Part shown: positions 48,802-58,622 of the stretch, piece after piece
How the letters are laid out: every line of letters begins with the position of its first letter
Numbering within the stretch: position 1 is the stretch's first letter
NCBI GenBank assembly: GCA_963754925.1
Contig: CAVWHX010000004.1
Coordinates: 1,408,001 to 1,472,000, forward strand
DNA length: 64,000 nucleotides
Direction: 5' to 3'
Origin: an uncultured delta proteobacterium
GTDB lineage: Bacteria; Myxococcota; B64-G9
Position numbers and translations under genes: made by a program
The notes under the pieces: generated by a model
Databases searched by the model: none
What the model was told of the DNA's origin: nothing
Seen by the model: only the letters and a program-made list of their open reading frames with translations

Positions 48802-50172
48802 TTACCTGCTCCCGTTAAACTCGAGCCCGGCGAGCACTTCGAGATGACACGTCTGGGGAAACATATCCACCCCCTCGATGCAGGTCAGCCGATAACCGCG
48901 GTTGAGGAGCACGCCGAGATCGCGGGCAAGGGTTCCTGGGTGGCAGCTCACATACGCGATCTTTTTGATCTTGCTCCTCGCCAGCGCCTCAAGCACTTGC
49001 AGATTGCAACCGTTACGCGGCGGGTCGAGCACAACCGCGGCCGGCTGTAACCCACGGCGCAAAAGCTGGGGAAGCGTATCTTCCACTGCTCCGAGATGGA
49101 AGAGGGTCGATTGAAGATGGTTCTTGAAGGCGTTTTGACGGGCATCGGTTATTGCTCGGGCATTTATTTCGATTCCGACGACCTCATGGCCGGAAGCGGC
49201 CAGCGTCAACGCCAGAACGCCCACACCGCAGTAGGCATCCACGATTGGTCCTTCCGGGCGGCCGATGAAGGTATGCACCTTCTCGAACAGTGTCTTCGCT
49301 TGCTCCGGGTTGATTTGAAAAAAGGATCCGGCCGAAAGGTGGAAGCGAACGCCAAGCAGGCACTCTTCGATCCAATCACGTCCCCATAAGAGGCGGTAGC
49401 GGTCTCCAAGAACGATAGGAGTGACGCGCGCATTGATGTTGAGCAGAAGCCCGGCAATGCCCGGTACCGTCTTGCGCAACTGCTTAGCCAGCTCGCCGCA
49501 ATTGCCGGAGCGGTCGACGCCAACGACCAGCGTGACGAGGCTTTCGGACGAATCGGCAGATGTACGCACGGTTACGTGACGCAACCAACCGGTACGATGG
49601 TGTTCATTAAAGACCGGGAGGTGTTTACGGTTGGCCCAGTCGGTTATCGTCATAACTGCATGATTGATGCGCGGGTCGTGGAGGCGGCAGTCATCTACCG
49701 GCACCAAACGGTGGGAGCGGGCGGCAAAGAAGCCGGCTACTACCCGTCCATCCGACCGGCCGACTTTATACTGACCGTGGTTGCGGTAATACAACGGATG
49801 GGCAGCTTCGGTGATCGGCAATCTGCGATCGAGAGTAAGCCGAGCAATCGAGCGCAGGACATCCCGTAACACTTGAGCCTTAAGTGCTCCCTGAGCGCGA
49901 TAATCGATATGCATGAGCTGGCAGCCGCCGCAGCGACCGAAGACCGGGCACGGCGGAACAACTCTGTCTTTTGTGGGAGTGAGAAGCTCAACTGCTTCGC
50001 CCATGAGCTTGCGGCCGCCGGGGTGAGTCAACCGCGCTCGGACACGTTCGCCCGGGATGGTAAAGGGCACAAAAACCGCTCGACCCTGGTATCGGCCGAT
50101 GCCTTCGCCCTCGGTCGAGAATCCATCGATGGTCAGCTCAAAGCTGCTTGATGTTTTTCTTATCACCGGCAT
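48802..50172 (-). CDS. rlmD: 23S rRNA (uracil-C5)-methyltransferase
   Basis: TRAM domain, CGGCQ, SFFQIN, DAYCGVG, LDPPR, YVSC, DMFPQT. Confidence 0.93.
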   Translation of the reverse strand: MPVIRKTSSSFELTIDGFSTEGEGIGRYQGRAVFVPFTIPGERVRARLTHPGGRKLMGEAVELLTPTKDRVVPPCPVFGRCGGCQLMHIDYRAQGALKAQVLRDVLRSIARLTLDRRLPITEAAHPLYYRNHGQYKVGRSDGRVVAGFFAARSHRLVPVDDCRLHDPRINHAVMTITDWANRKHLPVFNEHHRTGWLRHVTVRTSADSSESLVTLVVGVDRSGNCGELAKQLRKTVPGIAGLLLNINARVTPIVLGDRYRLLWGRDWIEECLLGVRFHLSAGSFFQINPEQAKTLFEKVHTFIGRPEGPIVDAYCGVGVLALTLAASGHEVVGIEINARAITDARQNAFKNHLQSTLFHLGAVEDTLPQLLRRGLQPAAVVLDPPRNGCNLQVLEALARSKIKKIAYVSCHPGTLARDLGVLLNRGYRLTCIEGVDMFPQTCHLEVLAGLEFNGSR

Positions 50173-50281
50173 TCCAACTCGTTATGGGATAGTTAGTAGA
50201 ATAGTTAGCTGACGGCGCCTGCAAATGAATAATGAAATCCCCGGTCCGGGTCGAAAAGTCAACGCGCGGTGAACAAATTGG

Positions 50282-50818
50282 TTAAAGTTGAAATCCGATA
50301 TATCCGCCGACGCCGATGGTCATGGCCTTCGGACCAATGAGAGCCAGACCCCCGGCGAATTCGAAGCCAAAATAGAATTTCAGATCGCGCGGCCGAACGG
50401 TATAACCGAGCGCCGAGACCAACGACCAGGCAGGTTTCCACGCACCGTTATAGTGCTGACCATCCAGTCCGCTCCCTACCTTAAGGTACCCATATTTCTC
50501 CGGCTCGCCGATGCGCGCCTCGATCGTTGGCGCTACCCGTAGCACCACGTTGGTTTTGTTACCGCCGCTGCCGATGCGCAAGGGAAAAATCGCATACCCA
50601 TCCAGTGAGATAGCTACTTGTGGGTGAACGGCGTATCCTCCGGAAAGGACTATTTCTGCCGCTCCGCCGGAGCCGCCGGCGAACTCGCCGATCATCAGGT
50701 GACTGCGCAACGTAAGCTCGGTTTCTTGGGCGGCCGTCGGTCGGGGGAGTGCCGCGAACACCAGTAACGCACCGAGCAAGTAAGGTCTGAAGGCCACGGT
50801 CATCCCTCGACATTTCAT
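50282..50818 (-). CDS. Hypothetical exported, probably small beta-barrel, protein
   Basis: Signal peptide ..PTAA/Q; alternating beta-strand pattern; C-terminal GYIGFQL. Confidence 0.65.
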   Translation of the reverse strand: MKCRGMTVAFRPYLLGALLVFAALPRPTAAQETELTLRSHLMIGEFAGGSGGAAEIVLSGGYAVHPQVAISLDGYAIFPLRIGSGGNKTNVVLRVAPTIEARIGEPEKYGYLKVGSGLDGQHYNGAWKPAWSLVSALGYTVRPRDLKFYFGFEFAGGLALIGPKAMTIGVGGYIGFQL

Positions 50819-52356
50819 GAATCAACCGTCGTTGAACCGGTTATATATAGCAACAGCAGGCAGCCGGCAACCCCGGCGTAACCAAAGGCAAGCTGAATCG
50901 GCCAGGTACTTTCCACCTCCCATGGCAAATACATCCCTCCGTTTGGATCGATTGAATGAATGATCCCAAACAAGCTCAGCACCCCGCAGATGCCGACAAA
51001 CAGCGCCGCACGGCCAAGGCGCCGGTCAATGAGGTTGGCCAGGAAACCGCCCCACAGCATGGCGGTCAGGATGAAGCCATTGCCGAGGATCACGATGATC
51101 TGTTGCATCACCGCCAGATCGGCGGGGAGGTTGACGATGGAGACTTTCAAGGCGCCAAGAAGGCGCGTTGACTGGATCTGCACCAGATTCGCCAACGCCG
51201 GCAGGAAAGCCAGCGCCACCGCCGGATAGTGGGTCTTCGGACAGGCCTCAAAAGCCTGCGCGACGATCTCAAGCGCCACAAAAACCAAGATCGGCACCAC
51301 CGCCGCCTCGGGAAGGGCATCGACGATGAACGAGACGTAACCCACTATGCCGCCGAGTCCGACGAACAGCCCCGTCGCCATGGTATACCCTGCCCGCGCG
51401 CCCATGGCCTTGTACGCCGGGTGGCCGATATAGGGTGTTGATTGCGCTACGCCCCCGGTTAGGCCAGCCAGCATGGTCGACAGCGCCTCAACCAACAGGA
51501 TGTCACGGGTTTTATAATCGTCGCCGGCCACGCGCGCACTTTCAGTGACGTTGATTCCGCCGACGACGGTCAACAGTCCAAAGGGAATGGCGATCGGCAG
51601 GTAGGCAAACGCTCTGGGCAAACCCTCGATAAACCCCAGCGTGGGTATCGGCGGCGTAAAACGCCAGGTCAGTTCAGGCAGGTGTAATCCCTGGTCAAGC
51701 ACCCCAAGGCCGCCGAGCAGGTAGTATGCCGCTGTTCCGATAGCTACCGCCACCACGGCGCCCGGCAATCGGCCCGGCAGCTTCAACCGCGCCACCAGCG
51801 TGCAGAGCACGATACCCAACGAAATGAGTCCAACCAGCGGTATAGTGAAAATCTTAATCATCGGCAACAAACCCAGCAAGGCCACGGCGATGCCGGCCAG
51901 CGAGCCCAGCAACCCGGCTTGCGGCACCATGCGACGCACCCAGTCGCCGACGAATGACAGCACGAGCTTGAGCACCCCAATCAGCACCATGGCGGCCATG
52001 CCCACTTGCCAGGTGACCAGGGGGTCCTTCGTGGCAAGGTACACGGGACCAAGCACGGCAAACGCGATCCCGATCGTCGAGGGCGTGTCAAGCCCAAGCG
52101 GCATGGCGGTGATATCGGTGCGACCGGTGCGCCGGGCAAGCCGAACGGCCATGGCGCTATAGGCCAGATCGCCGGCCAATACGCCGAGGGCGGTTCCCGG
52201 CAGCATGCGGGTGAATATGAACTCGGCCGGAAAACCAAACATGCCCACCAAAATGCCGGTGAGCATGACAAGTACCGAGAGATTGTCCAGCATCAGCCCG
52301 AAAAAGGCGTTGAGGTCCCCGGCCGAAAACCATGGGTAGTGCTTGGCGTCGCTCAT
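50815..52356 (-). CDS. NCS2/AzgA-like membrane permease
   Basis: GDLNAFFGLMLDN, TAMPLG, ESARVAGDDY, YIGHPAYKAMGARAGY; many TM segments. Confidence 0.8.
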   Translation of the reverse strand: MSDAKHYPWFSAGDLNAFFGLMLDNLSVLVMLTGILVGMFGFPAEFIFTRMLPGTALGVLAGDLAYSAMAVRLARRTGRTDITAMPLGLDTPSTIGIAFAVLGPVYLATKDPLVTWQVGMAAMVLIGVLKLVLSFVGDWVRRMVPQAGLLGSLAGIAVALLGLLPMIKIFTIPLVGLISLGIVLCTLVARLKLPGRLPGAVVAVAIGTAAYYLLGGLGVLDQGLHLPELTWRFTPPIPTLGFIEGLPRAFAYLPIAIPFGLLTVVGGINVTESARVAGDDYKTRDILLVEALSTMLAGLTGGVAQSTPYIGHPAYKAMGARAGYTMATGLFVGLGGIVGYVSFIVDALPEAAVVPILVFVALEIVAQAFEACPKTHYPAVALAFLPALANLVQIQSTRLLGALKVSIVNLPADLAVMQQIIVILGNGFILTAMLWGGFLANLIDRRLGRAALFVGICGVLSLFGIIHSIDPNGGMYLPWEVESTWPIQLAFGYAGVAGCLLLLYITGSTTVDS

Positions 52357-52368
52357 CGATTCTCGTCG

Positions 52369-53334
52369 TCAAACGCGGACCAATAGAAACACTCCTCCCG
52401 CTGTACTGCGCAAGACGCCAGCCCGGCAGGCCGGCAGCAGTACCGTCTCACCGGTGCCGAGGGTAAGCGGGCTCGAGCCGGTCTCCGTCAACAATCCGGC
52501 CCCGTCAATGCATGAGATGATTCGCGCGCGACCGCTATCGAGGGTCAGCTCACCGCCTGCCCCGAGGCTAGCGCGTTCAAAAGTAAAGTACTTGCTGCGC
52601 ACCCCAGGCCGGCCCGAAAGCGGCGTGGCGTGCGCCGGGCGTCCGCTTAAGGGAAAATCAATCGAGGTCAACGCCTCGTCGATGTGCAGAGTGCGCGGCT
52701 TTCCGTCCAGACCCATGCGACCCCAGTCGTAGAGGCGAAACGTGGTGTCGGAAGACTGCTGGATTTCAGCGAGCATTACCCCGCCGCCGACCGCATGAAC
52801 CAACCCGGCGGGGAGATACACAAAATCGCCGGTATGCACCGCAACGGGTTTGAGCAATGCGCCGATCTGGTCAGCTTTGATGGCAGCAAGCAATTCCCGG
52901 CGCGTTACGCCATTGTGGAACCCCAAGAAGACCTGGGCATTGGGGTCAGCGTGCAGGACATACCACGCTTCGGTCTTGGGTCGCGCTCCGTGGCCGATCT
53001 GTTGCGCCGCGCGTGCATCCGGGTGAACTTGCACCGACAGGCTCACGTGGACGTCGATGAACTTGTACAATACCGGGAAGCGCCCCTGAAGCAGCGGCAC
53101 TTCGCCGAGAAGTTCTTCCTGCTGGGACTTGATGAGATCCGCAAGCCGCGCACCGGCGAACTCCCCTTCGGCTACCACGCTTTGGTCTTCGGGTAGATCA
53201 ACCACCTCCCATGACTCACCGCACGGTACGCTGGCGGGCAGCGCTTTATGGAAGAACGTTTCAAGCTTACGCCCTCCCCAGGGTAACGGCTTGATAACCG
53301 GGACAAATTTAAATGGTGATAACTGAGACGTCAT
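52369..53334 (-). CDS. Type I phosphomannose isomerase-like cupin
   Basis: WGG, GESWE, LSVQVHP, KTEAWY, PAGLVHA, EIQQSSDTTFRLYDW. Confidence 0.92.
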   Translation of the reverse strand: MTSQLSPFKFVPVIKPLPWGGRKLETFFHKALPASVPCGESWEVVDLPEDQSVVAEGEFAGARLADLIKSQQEELLGEVPLLQGRFPVLYKFIDVHVSLSVQVHPDARAAQQIGHGARPKTEAWYVLHADPNAQVFLGFHNGVTRRELLAAIKADQIGALLKPVAVHTGDFVYLPAGLVHAVGGGVMLAEIQQSSDTTFRLYDWGRMGLDGKPRTLHIDEALTSIDFPLSGRPAHATPLSGRPGVRSKYFTFERASLGAGGELTLDSGRARIISCIDGAGLLTETGSSPLTLGTGETVLLPACRAGVLRSTAGGVFLLVRV

Positions 53335-53346
53335 GGCAACCATGTG

Positions 53347-53964
53347 TTATTTGTTGTCTTTTCGGTCTTCCTCGGCGTTCTCGGGATAATACTTGGCCAA
53401 GCATTCATCGCACAGCGCATGGGAGAATTTGGCGTCGGAGTGATCCTCGATGTACGCCTCCATGCGGCGCCAGATCTGGGCCTCATCGCGGATCTTCTTG
53501 CAATGCATGCAAATCGGCAGCAGACCCTGGAGGCTGCGCACGTGCTGCAACGCATCTTCTAACTCACGCACTTTTTGCGCCAGCGAGCTTTTGAGCTCCA
53601 GGATACGTTCACCGGAGCGCAAGCGCGAACGCAGCTCAGCCTGGTCAAACGGTTTGGTGATGTAGTCATCCGCCCCGGCTTCAAGTCCCTCGACCACGTC
53701 CTCCTTTTGGCCGCGGGCGGTCAACAAGATTATGTAGATGTAGTCGATTCCCGATAGGTTGCGCACGCGCCGACAGATCTCGGTGCCATCCATCTCGGGC
53801 ATCATCCAATCTAAAATCGCCAAGCGTGGTCCGTCGCTGGCCTGCAAACGTTCCCACGCTGCCGCGCCTTCTTTGACTACTATCGGGCGGTACCCCCAAC
53901 GGGTCAGCATCACTTCGAGCATCCGACTCGACACCAAATCATCTTCGGCCAGCAACACCTGCAT
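53347..53964 (-). CDS. Response regulator with C-terminal Cys/His motif (LPICxxCKKIRD..FSHALC)
   Basis: AEDD, LDWMMPEMDG, GADDYITKPF. Confidence 0.9.
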   Translation of the reverse strand: MQVLLAEDDLVSSRMLEVMLTRWGYRPIVVKEGAAAWERLQASDGPRLAILDWMMPEMDGTEICRRVRNLSGIDYIYIILLTARGQKEDVVEGLEAGADDYITKPFDQAELRSRLRSGERILELKSSLAQKVRELEDALQHVRSLQGLLPICMHCKKIRDEAQIWRRMEAYIEDHSDAKFSHALCDECLAKYYPENAEEDRKDNK

Positions 53965-54001
53965 GGTTCACCGTGCCTTTCCCGTGTGATTAACCTCGGT
54001 C

Positions 54002-54409
54002 TCAAGTCGAACCACCTCTTCCTGCAGCGTTTTCCAGGCCGGCCGCCGCCAGCCTCCAGTCTCTTTCGCGAGCCGCCTCCTCAAGCCACCGAGCATGCCA
54101 TGCTATCATGGGAGCGCCAACGTTGAGCGCAGCCCCTTTGAGGGTGTGAGCGTCTGCAATAATTCGTTGAGCGTCCGCAACCTCTAATGCCGCCTGCAAC
54201 GTGCTCAGCAAGGTGCGGCTGCTGGTGCAAAACAGCGCGCACAATTCGTCGACGAACGCTTGATCCCCGCCCACCCGCACAGCGAGCTCCTGACGATCCA
54301 TCGCGGGGCGATTGAAGCGGGTAGACGTTTCGAACGTTTGAATCGGCGGTGGTGATTCGGCGGTCACGGGCTGTTCGTTCCGAGTAGGTCTCGATACGTT
54401 GGTAGTCAT
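54002..54409 (-). CDS. Hpt (histidine phosphotransfer) protein; 3' end possibly frameshifted
   Basis: AHTLKGAALNVGA; GAGGAGG RBS. Confidence 0.85.
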   Translation of the reverse strand: MTTNVSRPTRNEQPVTAESPPPIQTFETSTRFNRPAMDRQELAVRVGGDQAFVDELCALFCTSSRTLLSTLQAALEVADAQRIIADAHTLKGAALNVGAPMIAWHARWLEEAARERDWRLAAAGLENAAGRGGST

Positions 54410-54511
54410 GGCTGCCTCCTCGTCGAGTGTGCCATAAGCCCCCAAACCACTATTAATAACACAACGCTGTTCCGCCACAAATAAATAGAGTCACCACCGG
54501 GTAGGGGTTTC

Positions 54512-55636
54512 TTACCAGAAGGCGAGCTGAACGCTCGGGCGGCGCCCATTTAACAGAAGGTACGGCAGCGCCAAATCGGCGGTCTTCGACAGCCGACGTA
54601 GGTCTTCCGGTTCGCGGATATGTGAGGACGCGCGCTCTGCAATAATACGGCTCACCGCTATTGGACCGAGCCCTGGCACACGCAAGAGCTTTTCTTTTTC
54701 GGCGCGATTTATCTCGAGAGGAAAGAAATCCGGATGTGCCTTCGCCCAGGTGGTTTTTGGATCCTCGTGGAGGGAGATAGCACCGTCTTTTGAGAAGGGA
54801 ATTTCATGAGACGAGAAGCCATACCGGCGCAAGAGAAAATCAGCCTGATACAGTCGGTGCTCACGCATACGAGGTGTCGGGGTTGCTTCCCCAAGCGGGG
54901 TTCCGGCAATCGGTTGGAAGGCTGAATAGTAGACCCGGCTGAGGGATAACTCTCGGTACAGCGAATGCGTGACGCTGACAATTTCCCGGTCGCTCTCGCC
55001 GGCCGCCCCAACCACAAACTGGGTGGTATGTCCTTTGACGATGCCCGCGCGCGTTTGCACCAACCGCGCTATCCAGCGCAGGCGCGTTAACATATCGTCT
55101 GAAAAGTTCTTATGCCCGCTGAGCGTTCTGAGGCGCTCCGGCCCCGGCGCTTCAAGGTTGATCGAAAGACGCTGCGCGAGTTTCGCTGCGCGCTCAATTT
55201 GAGCCAATTCCGCGCCCGGCAGGATCTTTAGATGGATGAAGCCCCGATAGCGGTAACGGTGCCTGAGGATCTCAGCCGTCGCCAGCATCCGATCCATGGT
55301 ACGAACCGAATTCGATCCCAGGCCGGAACTCAGAAACAGCGCCGCGACTTTTTGGGCGTCGTGCATATCAACGAAGATTTTGGCGAGCTCATCGGGATTA
55401 AATCGCTCTCGTCGGATGTTGGATCCCGCACGCTGGGCGCAATACCGGCAGTCGTTGGTGCAGCTGTTGTCGAGCAGCACCTTGAGCATGGGGATCGTTT
55501 GTCCGTTGGGTAGCATAGCCGGGTAGATCCAGCGCCCGTCGAGGCCCGGTTTTCGCGGCGCAGAACCGCCGCAGGCGCAGGAAAGGTCGTACTGCGCCTC
55601 GGCCCCGAGAAGAGAGAGTTTGCGTTCGATTACCAC
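54512..55636 (-). CDS. Putative DNA modification/repair radical SAM protein with HhH motif
   Basis: CTNDCRYC, LFLSSG, IHLKILPGA, REHRLYQADFLLRRYGF, LLRVPGLG. Confidence 0.88.
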   Translation of the reverse strand: MVIERKLSLLGAEAQYDLSCACGGSAPRKPGLDGRWIYPAMLPNGQTIPMLKVLLDNSCTNDCRYCAQRAGSNIRRERFNPDELAKIFVDMHDAQKVAALFLSSGLGSNSVRTMDRMLATAEILRHRYRYRGFIHLKILPGAELAQIERAAKLAQRLSINLEAPGPERLRTLSGHKNFSDDMLTRLRWIARLVQTRAGIVKGHTTQFVVGAAGESDREIVSVTHSLYRELSLSRVYYSAFQPIAGTPLGEATPTPRMREHRLYQADFLLRRYGFSSHEIPFSKDGAISLHEDPKTTWAKAHPDFFPLEINRAEKEKLLRVPGLGPIAVSRIIAERASSHIREPEDLRRLSKTADLALPYLLLNGRRPSVQLAFW

Positions 55637-55696
55637 GGGACGAGAGTACTGAACGCCCGTATAGATGTCAATGCCGAAAGGACGTCTTTCTATTTT

Positions 55697-56278
55697 TCAG
55701 GGAATGTTTACGCCAAACCGCCTCAATAGCTCTACCACCCTGGCGAGTGGCAGTCCAATGATCGCGTTGATGTCGTTATTTGAAAGCGACTCAAAAAGAA
55801 GGGCGCCCGGGCCCTCGATCCGATACGCACCGGCGCAGTCGAACGGCCGCTCACGCTCAAGATATTCGCGCAATTGTTCGTCGCTCACGGCGCGCATGGT
55901 GAGGGTTTGGACGTCCAGGGCTTGTTCCAGCCGCTGATTGGAGCTATCCAGCACCACCACGCCCGTCAGTAATCGGTGGGTCCGGCCGCGCAGCACCTGC
56001 AGCTGCGCGAACGCGCGCTCGAGACTGAGCGGCTTATTGAGTACCCGGCCGTCGATTTCAGCGACCTGATCGGCCGCGAGTATCAAGGCGTTGGTATGGC
56101 GCCCCCGTAAGCTCTGGGCTTTGCGGAAAGCGAGCGTCAAGACGAGCTCCCCGGGGGGCAGGGGCAAGTCATGTTCTTCCTGATATTCGGGGGCGGCGGT
56201 AACAAAAGGAATATTGAGACGTTTGAGTAGCTCACGACGGTAGGACGACGTGGAAGCAAGCACCAGCGTGCGCTCCAT
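55697..56278 (-). CDS. Maf-family nucleotide pyrophosphatase (YceF-like)
   Basis: LASTSSYRRELL, ADQV, KP, CAGAY, IIGLP. Confidence 0.92.
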   Translation of the reverse strand: MERTLVLASTSSYRRELLKRLNIPFVTAAPEYQEEHDLPLPPGELVLTLAFRKAQSLRGRHTNALILAADQVAEIDGRVLNKPLSLERAFAQLQVLRGRTHRLLTGVVVLDSSNQRLEQALDVQTLTMRAVSDEQLREYLERERPFDCAGAYRIEGPGALLFESLSNNDINAIIGLPLARVVELLRRFGVNIP

Positions 56279-56290
56279 GAACAACGCCCC

Positions 56291-56953
56291 TCAGGTAGCC
56301 CCCGGTTTGGATTCACGCCGGGTACGAACATACTCAATCAGAATAGGTATGACGGAAATCAGTACAATCACCACCATCACCCAATGGAATTGAGTCTTAA
56401 CAACCGGCAGGTCGGCGAAAAAGTAGCCGCCGAATAACAAAGCAAGTACCCAGGCCACAGCGCCGCTGACATTAAAGATCGCGAAACGCAGGTAGCGCAT
56501 AGCGCCGATGCCGGCCACAAACGGGGCGAAGGTTCGGATGATGGGGATAAAGCGCGCCAAAAAGATGGTCTTGCCGCCGTGTTTTTCATAGAAGCGCTGC
56601 GCCCGCAGGAGATGTTTTTTATTGAGTAGGCGCGACTTCTCCCGTGAAAAGACCTTGGGCCCGAGCCAATAGCCGATCGAGTAATTGACGGCATCTCCCG
56701 CGACCGCCGCCGCGCACAGCAGAAGAGCCATCAACGGCAGCTCGATGGGCGAACCTTCACGGGTGGAGAGAGCACCCACTGCAAATAACAGGGAGTCACC
56801 CGGGAGAATAGGCGTAACGACGAGGCCGGTTTCACAGAAGATTATGAGCACCATGACCACATACAACCATGGTCCGAGTAAGGCGGCCCATTCGTTGAGG
56901 TACGCGTCGATATGGAAGAAAAAATCCCAACCCATCTGAATAAGATCAATCAC
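56291..56953 (-). CDS. DedA-family membrane protein
   Basis: IFCETGLVVTPILPGDSLLF, ARFIPIIRTFAPFVAG. Confidence 0.94.
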   Translation of the reverse strand: MIDLIQMGWDFFFHIDAYLNEWAALLGPWLYVVMVLIIFCETGLVVTPILPGDSLLFAVGALSTREGSPIELPLMALLLCAAAVAGDAVNYSIGYWLGPKVFSREKSRLLNKKHLLRAQRFYEKHGGKTIFLARFIPIIRTFAPFVAGIGAMRYLRFAIFNVSGAVAWVLALLFGGYFFADLPVVKTQFHWVMVVIVLISVIPILIEYVRTRRESKPGAT

Positions 56954-57098
56954 GATAACTCCAATCTTTGTGCAGAATAGGGGAGGGCCCTTTTCGAGGC
57001 AAGGCAATTCGTGACAATTTACTCGATGATGTGCTACGAATGCTTCGCATAAAAAACCCCTTGGGAATTTCTAAGGGTTTATTGTAACGTAGGTGGCG

Positions 57099-58142
57099 AT
57101 GAATAGAATCTATACCACCCCTATTATATCGAAGCCCGATCCGCTGGTGCAGTCGCTTGCGGTGCTGGGTCAAGTCATGCCGGAGGTGGAAGCCACCCTC
57201 ATCGAGACGACCCGCTCTTCGGTGGAGCTCATTCCCGAAATTTCAAGCCATCTGATTGTGTCGGGCGGCAAACGGATTCGCCCGTGTCTCCTGCTGTTGT
57301 TCGAAAAAGCTTTTGGAGATAATGGAACGGCCCGTGGCGTGCAGCTCGCTGTTGCGACCGAGTTGATGCATAGCGCTACGCTGCTGCACGATGACGTGGT
57401 CGACCGCGGCCATCTCAGGCGCGGGGTGCCGTCGGCGCCGCGCGTCTACGGCAATGCGGCAAGCGTCTTGGTGGGCGACTTCCTGCTGGCGCGTGCGTTC
57501 GACATTGTCGTCGAGCATGGCGATCGGATTCTATTGTCAGAGCTCGCGAAAGTGTTTACCACCATGGCCGAGGGCGAAATGCTCCAGCTCATCCGCTCGG
57601 GGCGTGTGGCTTTGTCGCTTCCGGACTATGTCGAGATCATTTCAGGCAAGACGGCTGGCCTGTTTTCCTGGTGCTGCCGGGCTGGAGCGGCCCTCGGAGA
57701 CGGCCGCGCCCATGGCGACCGCGCACGCATGGCGGCGGAGTTTGGAAAAAACTTTGGCATGGCGTTTCAGATCATCGATGATGTTCTTGACTACACCGCC
57801 CCTTCAGAGCAAAGCGGCAAGGACCTGGCAAACGACTTGCTTCAGGGCAAAACCACCTTGCCCCTGCTGCTTGCCTGTGAAGAAGACCCGACGCTCTTGC
57901 CCCTGTTGGAGCGAGTGGCCACACAGGGGCCGGATGAGACCGGTTGCCAGCAAATCGTGAAGCGGGTGCTCGGGACGAAGGCAATCGCCCGCGCCAAAAA
58001 AGCTGCCGGCGCGTATACCGCCAAAGCGTGTGGTTGCCTCGTATCCGTACCAGGCTATCCAGACGCGCCGACAGTCAATTGTTTGTTGATGTTGGCTCGG
58101 CATATCGTTGATCGTGCCGAGGGCGTTGGGGAATGCGTCTAG
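57099..58142 (+). CDS. Long-chain polyprenyl diphosphate synthase (IspB/HepT-like)
   Basis: GGKRIRP, ATLLHDDVVD..RRG, VLVGDFL, FQIIDDVLDY, GKTTLP. Confidence 0.92.
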   Translation: MNRIYTTPIISKPDPLVQSLAVLGQVMPEVEATLIETTRSSVELIPEISSHLIVSGGKRIRPCLLLLFEKAFGDNGTARGVQLAVATELMHSATLLHDDVVDRGHLRRGVPSAPRVYGNAASVLVGDFLLARAFDIVVEHGDRILLSELAKVFTTMAEGEMLQLIRSGRVALSLPDYVEIISGKTAGLFSWCCRAGAALGDGRAHGDRARMAAEFGKNFGMAFQIIDDVLDYTAPSEQSGKDLANDLLQGKTTLPLLLACEEDPTLLPLLERVATQGPDETGCQQIVKRVLGTKAIARAKKAAGAYTAKACGCLVSVPGYPDAPTVNCLLMLARHIVDRAEGVGECV

Positions 58143-58232
58143 AGATAGTGCCCCACTTAGATTGAAGTGATTGACAACACCCATATTGAATGGGATGCTT
58201 TTCCAAACAATTCATTTTTCAGGAGGGATACC

Positions 58233-58448
58233 ATGCCAAATAGCGTCTATAAGGTGATCGAAATCGTCGGTTCGAGCCCAAAATCGTGGGAAGACGCTGC
58301 CAAGCTGGCAGTGGAGTCCGCTGCCAAGAGCCTCGAGGATTTGCGTATAGCCGAGGTGACCGATTTGGACATGAGAATAGAAGAGAACAAGGTGGTAGCA
58401 TACCGGGCCAAAGTAAAAGTATCTTTTAAATACCGCGGAGAAAAGTAG
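58233..58448 (+). CDS. Dodecin family protein
   Basis: SVYKVIEIVGSS.KSWEDAA..YRAKVKVSFKY; AGGAGG RBS. Confidence 0.93.
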   Translation: MPNSVYKVIEIVGSSPKSWEDAAKLAVESAAKSLEDLRIAEVTDLDMRIEENKVVAYRAKVKVSFKYRGEK

Positions 58449-58622
58449 GCAATTGATCAGTGACGCACGGGGTTACGGGTGTTCGGCAGGCGACCGTCTA
58501 CACCCAGGTCCCATTTACGCTTTGGATGCTGAACTGTTAAGCGGTTAATATGTTTCGGTCGCGTGTCGTTCGACGAATACCCGTAAGCCCGTGCGTTGCC
58601 GTGTACCCTGAATGGATGACGG

